A stretch of 64,000 nt of DNA from Amphiscolops sp. MND2022 (Eukaryota), in NCBI GenBank assembly GCA_964187785.1, contig OZ076409.1, positions 97,838,001 to 97,902,000 of the forward strand, read 5' to 3'. Under the pieces are notes generated by a model. That model had not been told where the DNA came from and did no database searches. It was given only the letters and a program-made list of their open reading frames with translations. A program made the translations under genes and the position numbers. Position 1 is the first letter of the stretch, and each line of letters starts with the position of its first letter. Positions 1 to 12,591 of this stretch are shown here, in pieces.

Positions 1-1106
1 CAACGACCAATGATCGTAGGATAATGAAACTTTCATGAGGTTAGAGAAGACATCTTCTTGCGTTAGTCGGTACTAATTATGAGCCGGTTCGACTCGTTTA
101 AGTATTAAAATTGAGCAAAATCTACATTTAGAAAATTTTTTCGCTAAAAACCCAAAAACTTTTCCAATTTTTATTCGCTATTTTCTCAGCGACCAATGAT
201 CGTAGGATAATGAAACTTTCATGAGCTTAGAGAAGACATCCTCTTGCGTTAGTCGGTACTAATTATGAGCCGGTTCAACTCGTTTAAGTATTAAAATTGA
301 GCAAAATCTACATTTAGAAAATTTTTTCGCGAAAACCCAAAATTTTTCCAATTTTTATTCGCCAATTTCTCAACGACCAATGATCGTAGGATAATGAAAC
401 TTTCATGAGCTTAGAGAAGACATCCTCTTGCGTTAGTCGGTACTAATTATGAGCCGGTTCGACTCGTTTAAGTATTAAAATTGAGCAAAATCTACATTTA
501 GAAAATTTTTTCGCGAAAACCCAAAATTTTTCCAATTTTTATTCGCCAATTTCTCAACGACCAATGATCGTAGGATAATGAAACTTTCATGAGCTTAGAG
601 AAGACATCCTCTTGCGTCAGTCGGTACTAATTATGAGCCGGTTCAATTTGTTTAAGTAGTAAAATTAAGCAAAATTTACATTTAGAAAATTTTTTCGAAA
701 AAAAACCCAAAAAAATTCCCGATTTTTATTCGCCATTTTCTCAATGCCCAATATTTGTAAAGAAATGAAATTTTCACGACCTTAAAGAAGACAACCTCTT
801 GCGTCAGTTGGTATTCATTCTGAGACGGTTCGATATGGTTCAAGTGGAAAAATTACGCAAAATCCAAAAAAACCCTAAAAATTTTCGCAAAAATCATGTT
901 TTCGAAGCTAATATAATCGCCCAGGCGGAAAATTTTCGGAACCTTCTACATGGCCAGAAAAGGCATTCACTTGCGGATCTTTTTTTGAAATTTTGAATTG
1001 TCTCGGAGGAATAGGCTTGGAGAAAAATAGCCGAAACTTTTACAAATGCAGAGGGATGTCACGTTTTGGCGAAAAAAAACATAGGCGCGACAGCATGTCG
1101 CGCTTA
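1..1106. repeat. Tandem array of ~184-186 bp units plus a unique tail; probable Helitron/Helentron-type element, cut by the window start
   Basis: Units start at 1, 187, 371 and 555, with a degenerate unit at ~742. The tail (~865-1078) recurs at ~3152-3364. A hairpin GCGCGACA-gca-TGTCGCGC lies at ~1085-1103. Confidence 0.8.
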
Positions 1107-1244
1107 GGCACGAGCAGAAACGTTCAATGGTCTGCAGAAGGTGTTACAAATTCTTTAAGTTCCAGGGCCCACTACCTTGTGAACTTTTCCAGTCTCAGAT
1201 GAGGATGTTTTGGTGAATGAACTAAAAAGATGAAGGAAAATTTT

Positions 1245-2160
1245 TTTTGAGAAAAATGAAAATATGTATTTTTGGCAGAAACCCGAAGGCGTCATACTTC
1301 ATGACGGAAACTTTGATAGTAAAAAAAGTAGCCTACATACTTGCCTCACTTTGTGAGGGAGAAAAATTTTCGTATCTATTTCCAGTTCGGAGAAAAATCA
1401 GCTACAAATTGGAAAAAAATGGAAAAAATTCAGAAAAATTTTTTCATTACTTTATTTGCTAAAAAATCCAGAGCGAAAAAAATTCGACACCACTTTTAGC
1501 CTAAAACGTAGCCTACATAAGCCTCGTAAAATCAACGAAACCATGAACGCCATATTTGGTCTCGGTCATGAGATATACGAGCTCAAGTTAAAAAGAACCA
1601 AGAAATTTTTTTGAAAGAAAATGAAGTTTTTTTTGGCAGAAAAACGAAGGCGTCATACTTGATGACGGTAACTTTGTTGGTCCAAAAAGTAGCCTATATC
1701 TATGCTGTTCTTCTCGAAAGAGAACGGTTTCTGTAACTTTTATCAGTTTTGAGAAATATGAGCTTGGAATGAAAAAAAAATTTTCGAAAAATTTTTTGTC
1801 CTTTTTTTGCCCAAAAACACCAAGTATGAAAAAAAACTTTGACGTCAATTTTAGGCCAAAATGTAGCCTATAAAACGCTTGTACAATTTACGAAACCATG
1901 GACATTGTATTCGGTCTCACTTTTGAGATATAGGAGATCAAAGATGAAAAATTGTCAAAAATAGCGTTTTTTCAAGACTTCTTTTGAAAAAAACCCATGA
2001 AGCCGAATTTTTTTCGAGAATTTTTTTCAGCGAAAATGTAGCCCAGGATCCTGCGCAACTTTTAGCGAAAACATGGTGTCCGTATCTGTTCTGGATTTTG
2101 AGAAACTTGCCTCACAAGTTTGAAAAATTGGCACATGTCACGAAATCTGCGAAAACAAAA
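1245..2160. repeat. Diverged ~180 bp tandem units in an alternating A/B pattern (~355-360 bp dimer)
   Basis: ggcagaaa..cgaaggcgtcatactt at ~1274 and ~1634; tttag..caaaa.gtagccta...cgaaaccatg at ~1494 and ~1849. Confidence 0.55.
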
Positions 2161-2164
2161 ACCA

Positions 2165-2235
2165 AAGGCGCAACTGCCATTGCGCGACGGCTCCGAGCAG
2201 ACGACCTCTTTGAGAGAGCCCAGGAGTAATGGGTT
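2165..2235 (-). CDS. Candidate SLC4-like exon entering the membrane domain; 3' boundary uncertain
   Basis: Acceptor tttcgtag at 2237-2236 is phase 1, matching the previous exon. It reads (E)PITPGLSQRGRLLGAVAQWQLRL, resembling the SLC4 'LQRTGRLFGGL' motif. No convincing donor found. Confidence 0.4.
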
Positions 2236-2334
2236 CTACGAAAGTGCGCCCAAGCACCCCAATTGATGGGGTACATCAAAATACTTTTTTCGCAAAAAGA
2301 AAACAGATTTTTGTCGCAAAAATCCATAAACTTT

Positions 2335-3364
2335 CCGATTTTTATTCGCCATTTTCTCAACGACCAATGATCATAGGATAATGAAACTTTCATAAGATTA
2401 GAGAAGACATCCTCCTCTTGCGTCGGTCGTTGCTAATTACGAGCCGGTTCGATGTCGTTTAAGTAGAAAACTTGAGCAAAATCTACATTTAGAAAATTTT
2501 TTCGGAAAACCCAAAAATGTTGCGATTTTTATTCGCCATTTTCTCAACGACCAATGATCGTAGGATAATGAAACTTTCATGAGGTTAGAGAAGACATCCT
2601 CTTGCGTTAGTCGGTACTAACTATGAGCCGGTTCGACTCGTTTAAGTATTAAAATTGAGCAAAATCTACATTTAGAAAATTTTTTCGCGAAAACCCAAAA
2701 TTTTTCCAATTTTTATTCGCCAATTTCTCAACGACCAATGATCGTAGGATAATGAAACTTTCATGAGCTTAGAGAAGACATCCTCTTGCGTTAGTCGGTA
2801 CTAATTATGAGCCGGTTCGACTCGTTTAAGTATTAAAATTGAGCAAAATCTACATTTAGAAAATTTTTTCGCGAAAACCCAAAATTTTTCCAATTTTTAT
2901 TCGCCAATTTCTCAACGACCAATGATCGTAGGATAATGAAACTTTCATGAGCTTAGAGAAGACATCCTCTTGCGTCAGTCGGTACTAATTATGAGCCGGT
3001 TCAATTTGTTTAAGTAGTAAAATTAAGCAAAATCTACATTTAGAAAATTTTTTCGAAAAAAAACCCAAAAAAATTCCCGATTTTTATTCGCCATTTTCTC
3101 AATGCCCAATAATTGTAAAGAAATGAAACTTTCACGACCTTAAAGAAGACAAAAAAACCCTAAAAATTTTCGCAAAAATCATGTTTTCGAAGCTAATATA
3201 ATCGCCCAGGCGGAAAATTTTCGGAACCTTCTACATGGCCAGAAAGGGCATTCACTTGCGGATTTGTTTTTGAAATTTTGAATTGTCTCGGAGAAATAGG
3301 CTTGGAGAAAAATAGCCGAAACTTTTACAAATGCAGGAGGATGTCACGTTTTGGCGAAAAAAAA
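2335..3364. repeat. Second copy of the ~185 bp tandem-array element
   Basis: About four units near-identical to 1-740, followed by the same tail as 865-1078. Confidence 0.85.
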
Positions 3365-3500
3365 GTAAACGCAAACAATAAGGCCCCTCGCTTCGCTCGT
3401 CGCCTTAAAAAAACGTCACCATATGGGCATCTCGCGAAGCTCGTGCCCCAAAAACTAAACGCAAACAATAAGGCCCCTCGCTTCGCTCGTCGCCTTAAAA

Positions 3501-3526
3501 AAAGAAAGTAAAAGAGTGACTTAGTG

Positions 3527-3565
<39 letters not shown>

Positions 3566-3930
3566 AAAAGAGTGACTAAGTAAGAAAGAAAGTAAGAAAG
3601 AGAGGGGAAAGAAAGAAAGAAAAATGGCGATATCAAAACATTTTGGAAAAACTCTCAGTACGAAAAAACCGTAAAACCCTCTGAGTTGTCTAGTAACGAC
3701 AAAAGCCTTAAAGCTAGGGTAATCAAAGGCACCAGAGATTGCTTGCTAATAAGGCAGGAAAACATTGAGAAATTCTGTAAAAAGTGGACCTTTCAGTGTG
3801 TATGCTGGTAAAAAGGAAGCAAAAAGTCACTGGAAGAGTCGGGTATTTTCTGTTTAGACAAAACTCGTCGACTAAAAACGCCAACAGAGAAACAAAGAAA
3901 GAAAGTAAGAAAGAAAGTAAGTAAGTAGGT

Positions 3931-4002
<72 letters not shown>

Positions 4003-4182
4003 CAGAAAAGAGTGACTAAGTAAGAAAGGAAGTCAGAAAGAAAGAAAGGAAGGCAAGAAAGAAAAACAAAACAAATGACTAAGTGAGAAAGAAAGAAAGA
4101 AAAAGAGTGACTAAGTGAGAAAGAAAGAAAAAAAGAAAAGAAAGAACGAAAGAAAAAGAGTGACTAAGTAAGAAAGAAAGAG

Positions 4183-4217
<35 letters not shown>

Positions 4218-4310
4218 AAAAGAGTGACTAAGTGAGAAAAAAAGAAAGAAAGAAAAAGATTGACTAAGTAAGAAAGAAAGAAAGAAAGAAAGAAAAAGAG
4301 TGACTAAGTG

Positions 4311-4349
<39 letters not shown>

Positions 4350-4538
4350 AAAAGAGTGACTAAGTGAGAAAGAAAGAAAGAAAGAAAGAAAGAAAGGAAA
4401 AGAGTAAGTAAGAAAGAAAGTATGAAAGAAAAAAAGAAAGGAAAGAAAGAAAGAAAGAAAGAAAAAAAAGTGACTAAGTGAGAAAGAAAGAAAAAAGAAA
4501 GAAAGAAAGAAAGAAAGAAAGAAAAAGAGTGACTAAGT

Positions 4539-4574
<36 letters not shown>

Positions 4575-4667
4575 AAAAGAGTGACTAAGTGAGAAAAAAA
4601 GAAAGAAAGAAAAAGATTGACTAAGTAAGAAAGAAAGAAAGAAAGAAAGAAAAAGAGTGACTAAGTG

Positions 4668-4713
<46 letters not shown>

Positions 4714-4804
4714 GAAAAGAGTAAGTAGGAAAGAAAGTATGAACGAAAGAAAGAAAGGAAGGAAAGAAAGAAAGAAAGAAAGAAAGAAAAAGAGTGACTA
4801 AGTG

Positions 4805-4843
<39 letters not shown>

Positions 4844-5050
4844 AAAAGAGTGACTAAGTGAGAAAGAAAGAAAGAAAGAAAGAAAGAAAGGAAAAGAGTA
4901 AGTAGGAAAGAAAGTATGAACGAAAGAAAGAAAGAAAGAAAGGAAAGAAAGAAAGGAAAGAAAGAAAGAAAGAAAATGATTGACTAAGTAACAAAGAAAG
5001 AAAGAAAATAGTGACTGAGTAAGAAAGAAAGACAGAAAGAAAGAAAAACA
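3501..5050 (+). repeat. (GAAA)n microsatellite punctuated by AAAAGAGTGACTAAGT(A/G)
   Basis: Directly visible. Interrupted at ~3625-3890 by a fragment of the Helentron-like repeat. Confidence 0.95.
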
Positions 5051-5082
5051 GCTCAAGTAAATATGAGTGAGGCGTGACACAC

Positions 5083-5269
5083 CTGCTTCGTGGAGGAGTG
5101 CGACTTCGGCGCTGGTTCTGGCCTGGGCGCGGATCTCGTTCAGGGTGGCGAGGATGTTGTCCCGCTCGTAGGCGCCCGGCTGCAGGATGAGACACTGCTC
5201 CAAAAACAGCTTCATCGCCATCGTCAGGTCTCCCGGGTACTCGGCCAGGAAACACGCCTTCGCGAACAG
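5083..5269 (-). CDS. SLC4: SLC4-like anion/bicarbonate transporter exon (end of cytoplasmic domain)
   Basis: ttag|CTG...GCAG|gtgtgt, 187 nt, phase 0 to 1. LFAKACFLAEYPGDLTMAMKLFLEQCLILQPGAYE aligns with SLC4 'VFHDVAYKAKDRNDLLAGIDEFLDEVIVLPPGEWD'. Confidence 0.85.
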
Positions 5270-6937
5270 CTAAGGCAACCACAACACAACAACCATCTAA
5301 CAGCTGCCTCACTCAATTAAAATGAACAAGACGCCCAATAAACACCGGGATATTTTCCGCCTTGTCAAAAAACTCAGGCGAAGGCGAGATTCGAACCCAC
5401 TATCTACTGATTGATAGGCTGATGAACTACCACCTGAGCCATCGTAACTCAAATAGCAACTAACTGAGAGAGCAACTAACATGGAGATAATCATCATCTA
5501 ATTGTTCTTGATACAAGACAAGGTGTATCGCATTCCCTTATAGAGATTTTTCTTACCGAGTCAATCAGAAGCGCACCGGACAGGAAAATTTCCGCCCGGC
5601 CGGACAACCGGACAGGACAAAATTGAACCGGACACCAGCTGGACTGGACTTTATGCCCAACTTATAAGTATTCACAGACTGTTTTTGCAGCCTTTCTAAC
5701 GAACAAACAGGACAAAAATGCACTTGTCTTTAAGTGGACCATTCAGATAGATTTTGGTGTCATGGAAGGGAAACAACTGCAATTGAAGGGCAAATTTCAT
5801 TAGTAGTATGCGCTTCTTGAAGAGAAGACCCAACCATAGCAGTGGCTTTTTTTAAAACCAGTGAACTGAGAGATTTTGATGAGCACCAGCTTATAATAGT
5901 AACTTAGTTACCTGAGTAATTTCTAACTGCCACTTAGCCTCGATGTTAACTTGGAATTCCCAGAAGGTGAGACGAGGTCTGAAAAGCAGGGGTATGTGCG
6001 TTCGATTCTCGCAGTAAACCAAAAGTTTTTATGCTTGCAAAAGTAGAGGGGAGACCGAAGGGGGCCCGTTTGTTTTTTTTCGGATTTGAGGATTTTTTTG
6101 GAAAGCGCTTTGCGAGTATATAGGGTCACTTTAGGTTTTTTTTGACACTGCGTTTTTTTCGATAAAAATTTCAAATTGATCAAAGAATTACCCTTCCACT
6201 GTTTAAATGTTATCAGCCAGCAAAATGCATTTGGCGAGCTCAAAGCTCCTTTTTCAGTACCATGGAACGTTTTTCCGATTAAAAATTTATTTGAAAAAAA
6301 AGTTATTTTTTCAAGAAAAAAAATCAGATTTTTTATGTTCCCAGTTGGGAAAAAACGGTTTTCCAGTCTTATGCGCATCACTTTGCATACTTAAAAACTT
6401 TTTAACCTTAAGCGGGGAGCTGACTTGGGCCATTCATGGCTTGTTTTAAAATGCACGGACTAACAGTACAACAGTATGTCAAATTTTTGCGAAAACGCAA
6501 CACAGGGCTAATATTAGAGTGAAGCTTCTATTTGAGTAAACTTGTACATGTAGATGAGTTGTACGAACTTTTTTCAACTTTCAAGACTTTCGAAATTTGA
6601 ACCCAAGTAGGTTAAAGCAAAATCAGTAGTAAAGTGGATAGTTTTCAAGTTTTTGTATATTGATCGCAGAATTTTCAAACAAAAACGTTTGTAATTAACA
6701 TGAAAACTAATAAACTTTCAGATTTACAATTTTGGAAAATACCATTTTGTTCAAAAGACTATAGTCTCCTTTATTCGAGACCAATTCATTTTTTAACAAT
6801 CAGGGTAACAAATTCATCCATAACAGTATGGTAGTGTACAAGAGTTAAGTTGCTGATGCCGTTGGTTGATAGGTGGACACTGACAGCAAAACGCAGCAAT
6901 AGCTGAAAATTCCATTCAATTCCCAGGGTTTATGTAC

Positions 6938-7417
6938 AACAAGCCGGGAACGGCCAAAGTCGGCGCTATTTCTAAGGCTCAAAAAGCGCGAAGTTTTGAA
7001 AATGGTATGAGGGGGAACCCTTTCGGATTTTTGAAACTCCAGTTTATGGCTAAATAATAAAGAAAATGAAAGAGTGACCTTTTTGGGATTTTTAAACATC
7101 CATTCTGTTGCAAAATATCGGAACAAATGAAGGGAACCCTTCGGTGCAATCTAAAAATTTTGAAAAAAGTGTCATAATGCTAAAACAAATCGAAGTGAAA
7201 AACGCCAAGCTAGCCAAAGGATCCCTAGTATGTTTTAGAGGTTCTGGACGTCGGGTTTGTTTCTTTTCGTTTTGGACGAGGATCTGAGGTTTGGAGTGTT
7301 TTGAACCTCCGTAGTTCAAGTTGTTAAACAAATGAACAACGAACTGGACCTTACGCGTCTAACAAACATACCCACTGTAAGAGTCGGGCACCTTTCTTCA
7401 AAAGCGCCGACTAAAAA
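6938..7417 (-). mobile_element. Non-autonomous Helentron (HINE/DINE-1-like), family A
   Basis: Subterminal inverted repeats AGTCGGCGC/GCGCCGACT, terminal stem-loop GCCG-ggaa-CGGC, extra internal IR gtcgggc, and A/T-run ends. Confidence 0.7.
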
Positions 7418-7753
7418 CAGCAGTTGTTCCATAGTTTTTTGATACAAACTTTGGCGGTCCGATTTAAAGTAATATTCTGTAAAATTTACTTCAAAACAAT
7501 TATGTTCTGCCATTTACTAGTTCTTTTTTATCGATAGTCAAAATTTCGAATTGATAACGTTTTCGGTAATTCCACCTGTCAAATTGCTCAGGTACCTGAC
7601 ACTTCACCACAGTCATATCACACCAATTTGTAGATCCGCTGTGGAATGACGCAATGTCACGGAGCACTCTGATTGGCTAGAAAATCACGCTAATTCACGG
7701 ACAAAACATTGGAACAATGGATAATTCAATTCAATTTTCCTGAATTTTAGTGC

Positions 7754-8259
7754 AACAAGACACGAACGTCTAAAGTCGGCGCTATATCTAAGGCTCAAAA
7801 AGTGCAGTTTCTGAAATATGCGTAGGACGTTTTCTTGAAAAACTCCTCTTTTCGAACCTCATCCTTCTCCTTACTAAAACGAAATATAGTTCGGATATAA
7901 CGTCAAAAGTTCGGATATAGCACTTTACGCCGGATACTACGAGGGAGAACTGCAATAAAATCGAAGGGGGATCTTTTAGAGAAAAAAAATCGAAAAAAGT
8001 AGCACAATACCGTAAAACAAAATCAAAGGGGGACCATATAGTCTCGTCTGGTTTTGCATCTTAAGTTAAAAATGGAATAAATGAAAGGGGTGACCCTTTG
8101 CACTAACTTAGATGCGTTTCCGCTTGCCGGTCCAGTAGTTTAGTAGTTCTGTAAAAAGTCTCCACTAAACATACATTGTGTGGTCTGACGAAAGAAAAGG
8201 AAAAAAAACTTGCCACTCTGTTAGTCGCGCTCATTTTGTTAAAATGCGCCGACTAAAAA
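7754..8259 (-). mobile_element. HINE family A copy
   Basis: aacaagacacgaacgtctaaagtcggcgc ... gcgccgactaaaaa, same architecture as 6938-7417. Confidence 0.7.
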
Positions 8260-9023
8260 CAGCAGTTGTTTGATAATTCCTGGGTCCAAACTTGGCGGTC
8301 TGAAATGAAATTATTTGAATACCTAGAATAGTTACATCAATATCATCGTATTCCGTCAATGCCAGGTTCCGTTGTTAAATGACGCCGTGTCACGGGATGA
8401 CCTCTGATTGGCTAAAAAATCACGGCAATTCACGCGCGTGATTTTGTGCTGGCTAACCCTGAACAAGAATATGGATGTAACCGAAACTCGGTAGACATGA
8501 CGGTTGAACCGTATAACACTGAGTATGTTTGAAAACAATTTGGTCAGACGGTCTTTGCGTTTCAATATTTTGCCCTTCATTTTGAGATTTATTTTTTCAG
8601 CCTTTAAACGAACAAACATGACAAAAACGCAGCGGTCTTGGAAAAAGGACCATCAAGATAAATTCTGGTCGGGAGAAACAATTCGTCACTGTAATTGTAG
8701 GGCACAATTTATTTTAAATTCACCAATAAACAACAATTTTAATTCCCCACCGCAATCAGCGATGAGTTTCAGTTGCAGTTTAGTTATAAAATATTGCAAT
8801 TTGATTTGTTGTTACTATTAATTCAATGATACTTCCACTTGACCACTTAACTGGGGGGGGATAAATCAGTGGGGTGGGAGGGCGCTCTCGTTCGACTACA
8901 ATCCATACCACCTCATGCCTAATTCCGCTGTAAAATGACGCCATGTCACGGAGCGGCGCTCTGATTGGCTAGAAAATCACGGCAATTCACGCGCGTACAA
9001 ATTTGATGCTGTACAAGTCTAAC

Positions 9024-9244
9024 CCTGAACATGAACATGGAGGAGAAGGTGCGAGCAATGTCGTAGAGGTTCAGGGGCAGTTTGCTGTTGTTGGTGGAGC
9101 GCGTAGGCGTCTCCGAGTGCAGGGTGCTGGCGGGGGCGGGGGCGGGCGGGTTGAGGTGCACCTCGGGGGACTCCGGACCCAGAAACAGGGCCACGAACCG
9201 CACGGGCACGGGCGCACTTGTCAGGTAGGGCATCACGCGCGAGT
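9024..9244 (-). CDS. SLC4: SLC4-like exon
   Basis: tttccag|AC...AGG|gttaga, 221 nt, phase 1 to 0. YLTSAPVPVRFVALFLGP matches 'LTEVPVPTRFLFILLGP' and LYDIARTFSSMF matches 'YHEIGRSIATLM'. Confidence 0.9.
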
Positions 9245-10212
9245 CTGGAAAGAAAACAGCACCAATTACCAGACAGAAAACCCAACAAAAGAAGATTTAA
9301 CACAAGAAATAACTTTCTTTTTTCCCACACCACACTTTCAAAGAAGAAAAAAAGAAAAACATAAAAGATTATATTTGGCTATTTTTTATAAATTTTTACA
9401 ATATTAAAAAAGCATATTAACGTTTTGAAATTACGTGAAATGTTTCATTCTGAAGTGAATTGAGACCAAATTAATTGCTAAAACAATATAATCTAGAAAA
9501 GACAGGGGGGAAAGTTCCCAAGAAATTTCAACACATAGGCAGGACAATTCTCGCTGACTTCTCGTATAACTTAATCATTCCACTTTTCACGAAAATTGAG
9601 CACTATAATACAGGCACAAATTAGTTATTTGAACGATACATACTAAGAAATTTTTCACCTTTGAACTGATTATGATATGAAGTGCGAAAGTGTGTTGAAA
9701 AAGTTTTCGTGCTGAATTTTCATATGTTGAGTTGTCTGTGTTGAGTTTTCCGTACACCGGAAACAACACACGAGAGATATTATGAAGCTGCATCTAACAA
9801 CCTGGAAAAACCGCCACAGACAAAAAATGCTATACTTACCGTTTTTCTTCGAATAGAAGTCGCCCCCGAATAAAACCCGCCCCCGATTAGAAGCCGCATT
9901 GAGCAAGAAACTTTCATCCTAAAAGCAATAGCTTGCCGTAAACCTTCGAATATAGCCAACAAAACCACTACGCGAAAAATTTACATGCCGCGCAACTATG
10001 ACTTTTCGGGCGGCTGAGCGCGCAACTGGCCGACTGTGCAGTTAGCCGACCCGATGGAGCATGATTGGTCAGGTTAATGAAAATATTATCAATTTTGTTA
10101 TGCAACTATAATTCGCTTCGAATCAAAAGTTAGGTATGCATGAAACCCAAACTTCATTTTTTTATAAATTATAAACTCCATTTTGGGTGTATTTCGGCTG
10201 TTATCAAATTAT

Positions 10213-10857
10213 TCAGTCGCCGGGGCACCAACTTTTCTGGCCAGGTGGTTTCACGTCATGGATAATCATGCATGATGTCATTATTACATGAAGTTTTCTT
10301 GACAATAACTGTAGTCCCAAAAAATTTTGGTGGGAATGAAAGTTCCTGTTCGTTAAATTATTCTCGTTTAGGCTACGCACATCATTCTCCGAATTGTGCG
10401 GTCTCCTAGACATTCCGGGGACACTTTCCAACTGTCTAGCTAACACCGCGTCAACAACGTCTTGCATTTGGGGAATGATTCTTTCCGATATATCAGTGCT
10501 AATGGCACTTTCTATCTGTGAATTTACCCCGTTTAGCAAACTACCTATCTCTTGCGAGGTCCTCAAGTTCATTTCTCCCGTTAGTGTTTCTATATCTCCT
10601 GAGAAATTACGATTATCCCTGTTTTCAGCCATTTCTAAGCTCGTTTTCCTGAAAGAATATTCTCTCATAGAGGTAATATCACCATTATCCTCGTTATCAA
10701 GCATATTTGAAAATCCTGTCATTTGATCTATTTCTCTGTCAATTGGGTTGTACTCACCATTACCTAACATGACGTCCATAGTTTTCAAGTCTGACATTAT
10801 GTCAGCTTTTCTTCACATTCTAGCTTTTGCTTTCTTGCTCCTTGTCGAGGGTATTCT
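10213..10857 (-). pseudogene. Truncated ORF, probably the gag/ORF1 start of an unclassified retroelement
   Basis: 194-aa ORF preceded by an in-frame segment (IPSTRSKKAKARM*RKADI) with a lost ATG and a stop. No diagnostic motif recognised. Confidence 0.3.
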
Positions 10858-11564
10858 CAGTGAAAATCTGGTAGATGGTAAATTGAATTTCAGTATCAGT
10901 AACATTCAAATTTCAAAGCGTTATAACAATCACTGTTCACTTCACTTCGCAATTTTATTGTGTCCCCCTTTGTGCGGAGTACTTGTAAAAATACTCTGAA
11001 CTGCATGACTTTCAGTTTTAGGTTGATCATCGGATAAAAATAGTTCCGTAGTCATATCTATTTATAGTCATTAGGATGGAGCGGTCTAGACTAACTGATA
11101 ATCGTCATGCCGCCTTCAAAGAGATTATTCTGACGTCCCTTCTATAAATAGCACACCGCTGTTTGTTTATTAGGTCATTCTATATAAAATAGCATCTTCA
11201 ATGATCTAAAATTGGCTACAAGACATTTAGGTGAGCTTCATGATCACATGTAATAATTAAAGGGTGTACCACACAAAAGAATATAATAGCCATGTCCCGG
11301 GATGTCTTAAAGCCACACGGGTTGGTTCTTCATGCAAGTTGATTTCCTTGACGGTACATGTAATTTACATTCTAAGTAAGATAAAGAATGGCAGTGCAAA
11401 ATATTACAAGACTTGTTAAAGGTGAAGTTTTTCACAGTTTGTAGGGTTTCTTCAGCGTACTCAGGGGAGCGGTAGATTGAAAGGTGTGGCATTTGCCACT
11501 ATTGCCCCCTGGGGAACTGCGTAGACATTGCCATCATAGGCGGCCGCCTGTGACAACAACTTTG

Positions 11565-11843
11565 GGCTCTTCTCGGTTTTCCCCCACCACCATAATCTTT
11601 GAAAACGTTTTTCCTTGAATGTTTCAGACTAGCCTTATTAAAAGTAAAACCTTCTTTCATGACAGGAAGCTGTTGGTTTCTTTACCAAGAATGCGTGACT
11701 TCAGAGGCAAAAATAGTGTGAACATAGTTTGTTTCAATTTTAAACTGTCACTCTGGAAAGAAATTAAAATTGAAGGTTTCTGGTTTGTATTCCAGATTGT
11801 CACTAGCTTTCCAAAAAAAATTCGTGATGGACAGAAAGGAGCC
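11565..11843. mobile_element. MITE family M (TIR GGCTCTTTTCTGTC, 8-bp TSD)
   Basis: TSD CAACTTTG on both sides; internal sequence shared with the other copies. Confidence 0.8.
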
Positions 11844-11901
11844 CAACTTTGTTCAATCCATGAAATTCCATGGTGACTTTCGATTTCACAAAACAAATGG
11901 A

Positions 11902-12591
11902 AGTTTCCTACAGACAAAGGACAACCTTTGCAAAAAAGTATTGAGCACATATTAGATGTTTTGATACGTTTGGAATTCATATTTCCATAATTTATCTGTA
12001 TACTGTTAACATATAAGGCTCTGATATCAGCTTAAACTTCGCTTAAGCGCACAGAGACCATAAAAAGTTCATTGTCTAACTTTGAGCTACTTACAGTATT
12101 TTCATTTCAAATCAACAGAATTCTTCAGTCTCTGTTGTTGTGACAGGAATATCGAACAAATAGTGACTCCCTTTGAGTTCACTGAGATCGAAACATGAAA
12201 AACAGACGATGAGGTCTGTGATCTGACAAAAAAACTAGCCACTGTAATTGTCGGGCTCTTTTCACTTTTTTCACCGACTGAAAAAAAAACTGTTTTTCAT
12301 GTTTTGATCTCAGTGACTTCAAATGGAGTCACTATTTGTTCGAGTTTCCTGTTACAACAACAGAAACTGAAGAATTCTGTTGATTCGAAATAAAAATACT
12401 GTAAGATCCTCAAAGATAGACAATGAACTTTTTGTGGTTTCTGTGCGCTCAAGCAAACTTTAAGCTGATATCAGAGCCTTATATGTTAACAGTGTACAGA
12501 TAAATTCTGGAAATATGAAATCCAAACGTATCAAAACATCTAATATGTGCTCAATACTTTTTTGCGTAAGTTGTCCCCTGTCTGATGGAAA
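11902..12591. repeat. Long fold-back inverted repeat (~300 bp arms), MITE-like
   Basis: 11902-12206 is the diverged reverse complement of 12289-12591. Confidence 0.85.

Noticed and set aside
3325..5082. F/L/S-rich 'membrane protein' ORFs
   Set aside because: Artefacts of (TTTC)n; only 5083-5269 is exon.
5380..5450. B-box-like GATTCGAACCC (also at ~28797 and ~31003) as tRNA genes
   Set aside because: No cloverleaf; these sit within repeat or LINE sequence.
9836..9965. Tc1/pogo-like TIR fragment (TACCGT..TTCGAATA)
   Set aside because: No partner inverted end or transposase found.
11440..11548. GC-rich segment after a good acceptor (gtcacag) as an extra SLC4 exon
   Set aside because: Stops occur in all three frames before a credible donor, and exons 14188 and 9244 already join in phase with continuous homology.
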